Shown piece by piece: positions 13,002-25,900 of a stretch of 51,616 nt of DNA. The position numbers were made by a program, and so were the translations under genes. The stretch is taken from assembly GCA_048213135.1 (NCBI GenBank), contig PS015032.1:277409-329024 (forward strand), written 5' to 3'. Position 1 is the stretch's first letter. Each line of letters opens with the position of its first letter. The stretch comes from Reclinomonas americana ATCC 50394 (lineage: Eukaryota). The notes under the pieces were generated by a model. The model made no database searches. It saw only the letters and a list, made by a program, of their open reading frames with translations, and was not told the origin of the DNA.

Positions 13002-13375
13002 GGCGTCTTGCAGTTGTTGCTTCTCTCGAGTATCACGTGCGAGTTGTGCCACACCTTCTCTATGTTATGTTGTTTTGCGGGAAAGGGGAGGAAAAGGGGA
13101 AAGGAGAGTGAGAAAGAAAGAAAGAAAGAAAGAAAGAGNNNNNNNNNNNNNNNNNNNNGAGAGAGAGAGAGAGAGCGTCTTGCTGCTGTTGCTTCTCGTG
13201 AGCACCACGTGCGAGTTGGACCGCGCCTTCTCTGTTCTCTTGTGTTGCGGGAAGGGGAGGAAAAGGCGAGGGGAGAGTGAAAGAAAGAGAGAGAGAGAGA
13301 GAGCGCGTCTTGTTGCTGTTGCTTCTCACGATGCGAGTGCCACACCTTCTCTGCTCTCTCTTGTTTTGCGGGAAG
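13002..13375. repeat. Three copies of a ~130-170 bp unit (GCGTCTTG..GTTGCTTCTC..GTGCGAGT..CCTTCTCT..TTGCGGGAA) separated by GA runs
   Basis: Copies start at ~13002, ~13174 and ~13305. Confidence 0.8.
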
Positions 13376-13424
13376 CGCTGGTCGAATCGGCCTTTGGTCA
13401 CTCTCTGGCAAGCTGTCATTGGAA

Positions 13425-14050
13425 TATGTTCTTGCATGTGCCACAGCTCTTTGCTGCACCTCTCCGTGTAGAATCTGCGGCAAGAGGAAAGGGGGGAGAC
13501 AAGGGAATGGGGTGCACAACGTCATGTATCACTCGTCTCTTCAAGCGTAAGGGTGTCTGGCACCTCACGCGTTCGCTCCTGGTCTTTTCTTTCTTTTGCC
13601 GCCCCCCTTGTGGGATGATGTCTGTCCTTAATGGCTTTCTGTCTATTCTTGCATGTACAACATCTCTTGTGACAGAAGGATATCCCTCCTTCGCTTCACC
13701 TGTTGCGGTCGTTCCTGGTCATTCTTGCTTGCGCCACACGTCTCTTGTGGCAGAAAGAGCTGGGTTGCTAGCGTCCACGCAAGTTCATTCCCCTCTCTTC
13801 CTCCTCGTGCCACCACTCTTCGCAGACGTAGCCGTTGTTGTCAGCGCATGCAATCTCGTTCCTGGTTGTTGTTGCTTGCACCACATCTCTTGTGTCAGCA
13901 AGAACCGTGATTGGCAGTTTTTCCTGCGTCTGTTCTGGCGTTGCACCTCTCGCGTTCGTTCCTGGCTTTCGCAGAAGGAACTGTGGTTGGCAGCGTGAAT
14001 GCAAAGTTCATTCCCGGCTTCTTGCTTGTGCCACCACACTTCTGGAGCGT
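13425..14050. repeat. Degenerate ~75-bp tandem array
   Basis: A TCTTGC(A/T)TG..CCAC..CTCTT-like core recurs at ~13430, 13647, 13723, 13801, 13872 and 14020. Confidence 0.55.
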
Positions 14051-15031
14051 ACGTGCACGGCTGCTGTGATTTTTTGTCCTTCTGCTGCAGTGCAAGTTCT
14101 TTCTTTCCTCCATTCAAGTTGCAAGGTGTTTCTCTTCGTATCCACTTGCTGCTGTCCGAGGTCAGCAGGACTGCTCATTCTGCATAAGGCAGTGCCCGTT
14201 ATGGCAGCTGTCCTTCTGTTTATGTTGCTCCATGGAGCTGTGTGTCTTTGCAGCTCCCTATATCTGTTCCTTGGGGTTTGTGTGCACTTTCTCGTCAACT
14301 CAAGCCCGTATTCATGCATATTTTGCTCCTCTTGCGCTTGTGGTGTCATGTCTGCTCCTGTTGTGTATTTAGTTCGTTGTCCTGCATCCCCTGGGTTTTC
14401 GTTCTCAACCCGCTGATGTTGCAACTTCATGCCCTATCCGATCGTCTTGATGCTTCGCTGCTCTTGCTGTGCATTTGATCCCTTCTGCTGTATCTCTCAA
14501 GTCTCCTCCGTTGCTTTTTCGTGGCCCGCTTTCGTCTGTCTTGACTCCTTTGTTGCTCATCTCTCTGCTTCCGTCTGTCTTGATGCTTTGTTGNNNNNNN
14601 NNNNNNNNNNNNNTCTCTCTCTCCTCGTGTGCCAGATGCATTCATTGTGCGCAAGTGCGTGCATGCATCCCTCTGTACTCTCTCTCTCATCCCCCCTCTC
14701 TCTCTCCCCTCCACTCACCGCTTATCACTAAAGGAGATGTAGTGCCCACTAAGCACACGCTTTCCCTGCACACAAGCACACACACAGAGAGAGAGTAAGC
14801 ACACATCATTACTCTTTTCTCATCATCCTTGTGTGCGCACTTACGCAACTGCAAACAGTCCACGCTGTGCTCGCCCAATAATCCCACCTCGTCCCGCAGT
14901 CGACGAGGCAACACGCGCAAAGTGCACAAGTGCCTCGCACATTGTTGTTGCAAAGGGTAGCCGTGACCGCCCGCACTTTCAATTGCGGGTTACCCATTAC
15001 CTTTCACTTTCACACATACACTCAACGCAAG

Positions 15032-16804
<1,773 letters not shown>

Positions 16805-16988
16805 GACGAACCGCGTCAGTGATGGATTCGGTGTATGTGTGTGTGAGAGAGAGGGAGGGAGAGGGGGAGGCGTGTTGGCGATTCCGCGCATAGTGGGGCT
16901 TGTGGCTGTTGCTGTTTGTGCAGTACAACAAACACTCTGCTCAGTGTACACTTTTTGAACTTTTTCCCTCGTCTCTCTCTCTCTCTCT

Positions 16989-19900
16989 CTAGTACCAACT
17001 TGTCGACGCGCCGTCATAGACAAAGAAGCCGGTCGTGTATGGCATTATTGTTGTGGTGGCGGTTCCGACAGTGACCACCATGTTGTTGGTCGACACGTTC
17101 TTGACCCACACGGTGAGGCCGTCGACTGCCGTCGTGATGGTAACGGCGACTGTCACAGGTGCCTGCAAACAAGAAAAGATGAGGCACAAGCGACGAGGTT
17201 GAAGGCAACGACGGTTAAAAAAAACTACGTACAACTCCTCCATTCGACTGCACATTGACAATTCAGGTGAGTAATTTTAAGGCATGCAAGTCAAGCAACA
17301 CAATCTCTTTCGCGCAACTTTGAGAATGACGATGGAGGGATCGGTGACTGTCTGCGATGCCATCATGTCGTCGATGATAATCACAGGCGTCAGCGAGAGG
17401 CCAGCTGTGCTCTTGAGTGTGCCAGCGACTTCAACATCGCCAGAAGTTGTCACTGAAGATCCAGTGATCGCGCCAGCCGAATCGATCGACGCCGCCGTCA
17501 ATNNNNNNNNNNNNNNNNNNNNNNNNNNNNNNNNNNNNNNNNNNNNNNNNNNNNNNNNNNNNNNNNNNNNNNNNNNNNNNNNNNNNNNNNNNNNNNNNNN
17601 NNNNNNNNNNNNNNNNNNNNNNNNNNNNNNNNNNNNNNNNNNNNNNNNNNNNNNNNNNNNNNNNNNNNNNNNNNNAAGCTGACACCCGTGATCGCACCAG
17701 CTGCGTTGATTGCAGCCGCTGTCAATGTCAGTGAATCTGCCGACACGGCGCCACTCGTGCTCACACTCAGGCCGTTAACAGCGCCACTGACACTGACACT
17801 GGCACCCGTGATCGCACCCGTCGCCACAATCACACCACCGCTGGTGATGGTTCCGCCGTTCAACGCGCCACTCGTGCTCACACTGCCGCCATTCACCGCT
17901 CCACTCACGCTCATACTCGTGCCGAGGATGGCACCGGCGGCGTCAATGGACGCGGCAGTCAGCGTGAGTGCACTGGCCGATACAGTCCCCGACGTGCTGA
18001 TGCCGGACGAGTTGATGGTGCCGCTAACACTGAGGCTGGTGCCCGTAATGGCACCGGCGGCGTTGATCGCTGCCGCTGTCAATGTCAGTGAATCGGCTGA
18101 AACCGCACCACTCGTGCTGACGCTCGCGCCATTCACGACGCCGCTGACGCTCATGCTGGTGCCGGTGATTGCACCGGCGGCGTTGATGGCGGCCGCCGTC
18201 AATGCAAGTGCGTTCGCAGACACCGTGCCGCTGGTGCTGACGCTCGATCCATTCACGACCCCACTGACGCTCAAACTGGTGCCAGTGATGGCACCACCAG
18301 AGTTGATCGCAGCAGCGGTGAGAGTCAACGAATCCGCGGACACTGCGCCACTGGTGCTGACACTGGAGCCGTTCACGACGCCGCTGACACTCAAGCTGGT
18401 GCCAGTAATCGCACCGGCCGCATTGATGGCGGCGGCGGTCAGCACGAGAGCATTGCCGGACACCGTGCCACTGGCGCTGACGCTTGAACTCAACACGGCG
18501 CCAGTGGTGGACAGCGTGTCGTCGCCGAACGAAAGCGTTCCTGCGCCGCTCCAGTCAGCAACAAGAGAAAATGGGGAGGCAGATCAGGACACCAGCAGAC
18601 CTCCCACAGCGTCCAGGTCGACAACAAACGGTGCTCCGGCCGCAAAGCGCAACTTGCTGCCGGCGGTGGTGCCAAAGGTCACCGCGTCGGTTACGGCGGC
18701 CAGTGAAGTAGTGGCCGCTGCACACCCCATACACACACACGGTCAGCATTGTTGAAAAGCAGGACGTATAGTGAATGAGCTCCACCACGCAACTAACGGT
18801 GGCCGTGGCGCCGTATACGCTAATGGTGGAAGTTGGAGTCGTGGAATCGCCAATTGTCAGCGTGGTCGCAGCGTCGAGAGTGAGCGAGGTGGCGCGGGCG
18901 ATGGTGGACGCCGCCTGCCCAACAGTGATGGCGGGTGCCGCCACGGCCACGGTATTCTGCAATGGCAATACGCAAGCTCAGTGGAAGGTTATCAACAAAA
19001 CACGACAAGGGCAGCGGCGACATACCGTGCCCAACAGCTGTGTGGCCTGCCCGCCGAGCCGCACGGTGGCGGTGGTGGCCACGGTGCCCACGCGGACCAA
19101 CGTACTGGCATCTGCAGCAGCGTCCACCGTGAGAATACGTGCGCGCATGCACATATACAAATTTCAAAAAGACGACGCACCGACAATGGTCGTCTGCTGT
19201 GCGGCATGAGCAGAATTGCCGATGGTGATGGTCGTGGCGGCCACTGTGCCCATGAGAATGTCGCCCGGAGCAGGCGCAGCGCCCGCATCAATGCTCCTGC
19301 GTGACGTAGCATCACAAGGCGTGAGGATACAACCGTGCGCCTGATTCACAGCACCGGACAAGGGGACGCAACACGTTGCCGCCGGTGCCAGTGGAATCTT
19401 GGCCGAGCAGTTGGGTCGCAGAACCGGCCGTCGCCGATCCGGTGGAGACGCGCTTCAATATGAAAGCCTTGGCTGTACTGTCTCCGAGTTGCACAATGGA
19501 CGAAGCGGCTCCCGCATCGAGACCTGCGCGAAAGCCAATCGTTAGACGGTGGGAGTGAGAGAGAGAGAAAGTCACCTCCACGCTCCTCACCAACAAGGAG
19601 CTGCAAGTCCGACTGCGACTGCACGCTAATGATACCACCTGTGGCACTCGTGGCGCTCTCGGAGCGAATGTTCGTTGTGCGCACATCGCCAACCAAGTGT
19701 GCTTCGCCGTTCACCTCCAACGTGCCCGACATGACAACCGCTCGTTGTGCCGCAATCTGCACCACGTCGTCAGCGTCAGCTGCGTCGACAAGCGTGCGCA
19801 TACATGCGGAGGTCTTGAAACTCACCGGGCTCTGCACCGTCAGACTCGCCGATGTATTGCCAATGACAACGGACTGAGCCGTCGCGCCCATGGTCACCGT

Positions 19901-22900
19901 CTGCGCAAACGGAAAACACATGGTGGGTAAACGGCAGAGCAAATTGTCGACAAGAGTGTGACGCAACGCTCGAAACAGCATCGAGAGTCAAAGCAGCATT
20001 GGTCGATGTGACGCTGACAGTCGAAGTGCCACTTACAGTCAACGCCGATGTGGCGGATATTGACAAGGTGCCATTCGACGACACGGTCGTGTCACCAACT
20101 TGAACAGAGAACTGCGCCAACAAGAGGCGCGTGTTAGTCACACGAAAATGTCTCAGGCGCACTGCGACCAGAAACAGCAAGCTCTCACCCGACCGCGCTG
20201 GCCAATGACAGCTCCCGTTGACACCTCAATGTCGCCATACAGCACGGTGCCCGTGCCAGCGCCATGAATTGCGCTCTCCAGACGAAGTGTTGGCGGCGGT
20301 ACGGTCGACGCCAAAGCAGACGCATGGCGGATGGTGAGCATAGCATTCGGCGCACCGATACGAAGAATGTTGTCCGAGCTACCGAGAGTCGCGGGCGACT
20401 GGAGTGTGACAGACGTGGCCGACAGCGTCATGGTGCTGGCGGCCAAGGCCAAAGTACCGCCCGTGTTGCCGACGGTTGTGGCCGACGTGGGTGCCGTTCC
20501 GAGGAACACGGCCCCGCCAGACGAAGTACCAGCACCACCAACCACATATACTCGGCCGCCGGTGACAGATCCGGTGGAATCTTGTCCGGCCAACGTGAAA
20601 TCGAATGGCGATCCGTTGACTCGTGGTCGTGTCAGCGTCAGATTCACACCAAGGCTGTCCACGTACACAATGCCATTGTTGGAGGCGAGCGAAAGCGATG
20701 TCGCGGCCGCAGATACAATCTGCGACACGGTAACCTTGCCGCCTATCGTCACGTCTTCGGCGACATTGAGCTGGCCAACATTGACGGTAAGCGATAACAG
20801 CATGACGATGGAGTAATTGCAATGCAGCAGGTGACACAACAGCTCCGAGCACGGAGGTGAGGATGCTTGCGCGAGAGATCGACAGTGACGTGAGAGCCGG
20901 GTCGGATGAGCCAACGGAGATGGTGGTGCCCTTGACAGTGACGGTGTCACCGGAAAGCTCCAACGCACTGCCCAAGACAGTGACCTGCGCACGAGCACAC
21001 ATGCGTTTGCGTGGTCAGCCAGGACGCTAATACGACAGGATGGGTAATTGCACAGATATACACACCGTTCCAGTGTTACGACCGCTCTCGCCGAGCTGCA
21101 AGGAAGCAGAGTTGCCCTGCCCTGGTGCAATCTTCAAGCTTGTGGCCGTGCTGCAGGGAGAGACGACACGTGAGTTGCATCGGTCATGATGCTGTGTTGT
21201 CGGGCACACAAATGAACACAAAACTTTCCGGCGCGATCAGGAGTGCGAATGGTAAGCAGCGCCTGGCCGCTGGGGTTCGTGTCGACGATAAGCGTCTGAG
21301 CTGGAGCAACGAGGCTCGACACCAGCGGCAACGGTCCGGTGAGTACAAGCGACCCCACCACCTGAAGAGTCAAGTGCAAGTCAACAATAGCTGTGACAAC
21401 AGCGTGGAAAGCACTCGCAGATTACCGTCAGACTTCCATTGGTCACCAAGCCACCGGAGACAACAGTCGTAGCAGCGGCCAGCGTGGTGGTACCAAAGCC
21501 GGCTCCGCTCTTGTGAATAGTCACCTGCCGACACAGCGAGAAGACAGTCAACGCCACGCAACCAATCGCCGACAATCGCAACCCCAATTGAGAAACGCAC
21601 GTTATTGGTGCTCACGGTTCCAAGAAGCAAGTCACCAGCCGCGCCGCTACTTGACGCGCCGCCATCCAGATACCTGCATTGTGCAACGGCCTAATTAGTG
21701 ACGCGTGCGCACCCTGGAGTCCAATGCATGGGGTCAAGCGCAGACGCAACAGAGGGCCACCATCGCCATTGAGTGCCGTTGACGCCTGGCCGGTCAGGTA
21801 CGTCGCATCGCCAGTACTCGCAGCTTGCACTGGACGCGACAGTGTGAATGCAGTGCCGGCAGCAGCCGTCAACGACAGCTACCAAGATTCAGTTAGCACA
21901 CAGAGTTACCGGCGACACAAAGTCAATGAATGTACGTCGCACCTGGCCGTTGGCGGGAGCGAGCGACAGAGCTCCACCGGCAGGCGACGCAAGGGTGGGA
22001 CAGGTCAGAGACGGTGCGATCACCGCGGCGGTGAATGTAGCCACTTCGTCAACAAGCAACTGCCGCAGCACAAGGCAAATCAAGTCAGCAAATCGGGACG
22101 GCGATGAACAAGCCTAACGAAATTGTTGGCAACTAACATTGCCCTTTACGCGAGTCGGCCGCCCGCTAGCCGCCAGCTGCACCTCAAACGCAGGATTCAC
22201 ACCGTCGGCCACGATGCTGATGTGCGAGCCCGACGAGTGCAACAGCAGCGACGACACGGCAGCCAACTCCACCGCTTGCGCTAGTGCCAGCACCTGCAGG
22301 CAGCAAGTGAGTCCCTCATTTTGCACACACACGTAATGAGTGCTTACAAGCGTTCTCACTTTTGCGCTCGTACGACTGGCTGCGCCGAGGATCAGAGTGC
22401 CGGGACCGGTCGTGCCGCTTCCTGGCTCCAGACTGAGATCGCCACCGACGCCAGTCGCCGACGGACGCTTGATGAAAAACGAAGAGCCCGGTGTGCTTGG
22501 TCCGAGGAGCAGGCCGTTCGTGCTCGGCGCCAACAACTCGCCAGTGCTCAGTGTGAGAGCAGCGCCGAGCACAGCTGTCGATTGGGTCTACGCATGCAAT
22601 GGTCAGCGCATGGGGAATAATGTCGACGATAGGCGTCGACAAACAGGTGACTCACCGACAGCGTGCCGACATTCACCGCACCGGTGGTCGACACTGTCGG
22701 CGTGCTGAAGGTCACCGTTGAGCCGGCATTCCCAATGACCACTGCGCCTCGCTGAGTGCCGATGCGCACTGTGCCATCGGCTCCGACGCCTACGCCGCCA
22801 TCCAGAACGCTGCAATGCGTGTGTGTGTGTGTGTGTGTTGCGCTGTGAATCATTCCGTGGCATGCACGTGCGGTCTGTGCCACTGTAGACGCAACATATG

Positions 22901-25900
22901 ACCGCCGACGCCCGTGCTCGACTGCTGGCCGGCAATTACCATGTTGGTGGCAGCCGTGCCCGAGGGACGCGAGAGCACAAAATCGCTTCCAGCAACGCCA
23001 AACTCCACGAGGTTGTTGAGACTCTTAACAGTGAGCGTGCCGAAAGAATTGGCAATGAACGGAGCCTCGACACCAGCGCCGGCGCTGAGAGGGACTGACG
23101 TCGACAGCGTTCCAGTGACTTGCAGATTTACGATGCTCACATTGCCGACGAACGACGAGGTGGCCGTCACCGTCGTCTGCGACAATCAAAAAAGGCAATG
23201 GTGAGCAGAAAAATAGACAAAATCCAGCCAACTACCCCCATCCTTTCGCATTCACCGTGCCGGCGATAGTCAGTGCACTTGATGAACTGCCAATGGTCAC
23301 CGCTCCACCAACGGCGGTGGTGAGAATACTAACGGTGCTGCCACCGATGAGGTTGGCAGTTGCTCCGAGCAAATTCAGGGTCGAGGTGCTCGCCAAGCCC
23401 ACATTCACGGGTCCGGTGGGTATTCCGAAGCTATCATTACCACCCCGCACGTACGCCGCACCACCGCTGCCAGCAAAACTCGACCCGCCACTAATGTACA
23501 CATCGCCACCGGCGGCGTTGTCGGTGGATGCTCCACCGAGTACCCAAAAGGCGCCAACGCCTGTTCCGCTGGGTGGCGATACTCGCTGCAGTATGAATGC
23601 AGAGGTGTCCTTCTCGCCAAAGTTCAAGCGCGACGACAGCGGATTGCCTGAGAGAGGCACCCGAAAAGCACGTCCGACGTCCAGTCGAATGTCGCCAAGT
23701 ACCGACAACACGGGGGCGTCGATTACGACACCACTCGGTAGCGCCTGACGGCCAATGACCACCTACACGGTCGCGAGACAAATGTGATTCACCGCGACTC
23801 ACGACAGCACTAGAACAGACAACAAAACCGACCTGACTGCCGGTCGCAGTGGCCAAGCGGACAACGCCTTCCGAGGTCACCGGTGTACCGGGGCCGCCGT
23901 CGATTAATCTGCACGCGCGCGCTCACTCATCAACAACTCTCTGCCTTTTTGCTCATGGCGCGTGATTGATGACCAACGCAACACATCACCGCCGACAGAG
24001 CCACCGGCTCCTTGCTGACCCACTATGTTCAGCGCCTGGCCTCCACCCACGACATTGCGCGGTCGGGTCAGCGTCAGTGCATTGGTGTTGTCGCCGAGTA
24101 GAATCGTGCCACTCGACGACGTCAACGAGAGCGAGTTGGCGACTCCCGGCAGCGATTGCACGCCGTTGGTCAGTATCGCCGCTCCGTTGAATTGCAGTCC
24201 AGTGTTGACCACGAGTTGGCCGCCGACTGTGACAGTGGCCGATGCCGTTCCCAACGTCACACTCGACGTCTGCACATCGACCAGAGTGCTGCCGGCGAGT
24301 CGTACCACGGACGCGGTGGCCAGCACTTCCGGAGTGCCCAAGGTGGCTGCGCCAAGCACCAGCCGTCCGTTGGCGCCACCGCCAGCGCCGCTACCGCCTT
24401 GCAAGCGGAGGTCACCACCGTTGACGGGCGCCACGCCGGTGGCTGCGGAGCGCGCAATGATAATTTGACTAGTGTTGCTCGATGGCTCCCCAATGAGGAG
24501 AGTCGCAGAGGCAGTCACCAGTGTGGCGCCTATTTCCAGCTGCAGATTGCTGGACACACGCACAGTCGGCGACAGAAGCCAGGCGGTGGAGCTAGTGGCC
24601 TTGCCAATGTAGACATCCGACGCGCGTGCGGAACCGATGCGCACGGCGCCCGTGGTGGTGGCGCCACTTCCAGCATCGAGATAGCTGCAGGCAATTCACA
24701 AGATCAATAACGCTGGTATGACCACGGAGAGAAAGAGAGAACGAGGAAAAAATGAACGCAACAGAGATCCCGTCGCAAAGCCTACGCTCATCTGATCCTG
24801 TCCCCAAATGTACAAATCCGCAGCCGCTCGCCCACTCACGGACGGTCTCTGCACGACAAAATCGACAGTGCTGCTGGTCGTGCCCAGCACCAATCGGCTA
24901 TTGGAAGGCGACAAAGCAAGACTACCGCCCAGAGTGGCCACGGAGCCCGTGGACACGACAACGTCGCTGTTCACAGTCAGCGACGAAGTGGTGACCATCT
25001 GTAGTGCGCGTCGAAAAGCAATCAGGCAACAAAAAACGAGAGGAGCACCACGGACTCGAATTGAGAGACACAAACACACCTGTGCAGCCACATTGACCGT
25101 GTTGCCGGAGCGTCCGAGTGCGATGTTACCCGACGTGCCTTGCACGCCAATAGCAATCGCCTGCGTGGCCTCGATTGCCGCCGATGCTGCGTCGATGCGC
25201 ACCGCACCCGTGTTGGAGGAGCCCAAGAACAGAGTGCCAGATGCCACAAACGCGCCTGTGCCGGGCGAGGGAGCGACGCGAATGCTGGCACCGGTTTGAT
25301 TCACGCCTGTGGGCGACGGTCGTGTGACTGTCAGCGTGGGTGCCGTGGTCAAATCACCCAGCTCAATCGAGTCGGCAGCAGACGACTGCATTGCCGTTCC
25401 CGAGAGGCGAAGCCGCGTGGTGAAGCGAGCCTCTCCATTCACCACCAGGTCTGTCGACGCCACCGCCAGCGTATCGAAAACGACTTGCGATGTGGTACTC
25501 GTGCCGAGACGCACGGATCCGGCGGTGCCGGTCCCAGAGCCACCGTTGAGAACTCTACATCAAAAGGGTGAGAGGAGCCCGGGATGCAGAACAAAGGGAG
25601 GGCCAACGCAACAAATCGCCACCACTCCCGCCCGTGTTACTCTGGCCAACGATCGTCAACGCGGTCGCGGCGGCGGCAGAGACGGACGGCCGCGTGAGCA
25701 GGACAGTGCCGGTGGCGCCACCAAACTCGAAACGGCCACTGGTGCTCGACAGCAATCGAAGACTGGTCGACCCAGCAGGCGCATCCACAAACGCCGTCGT
25801 CAGGCCGTTGGGTGTCAACAACTGCGCAGCCACAGTGAGTGTGTGCAATACTTGTGTGCGTGCAAACTGCCGCAGTGAGAACGCACATTGCCGACAATCG

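Noticed and set aside
13425-14050. CRISPR-like array
   Set aside because: Units are diverged along their whole length, with no identical repeats plus unique spacers and no cas genes.
13400-14593. Degenerate retroelement RNase H or tyrosine recombinase (TDGS, HEYGLEL and RRGAA snippets)
   Set aside because: Motifs are scattered across frames with stops and are better explained by tandem repeats; no RT motif seen.
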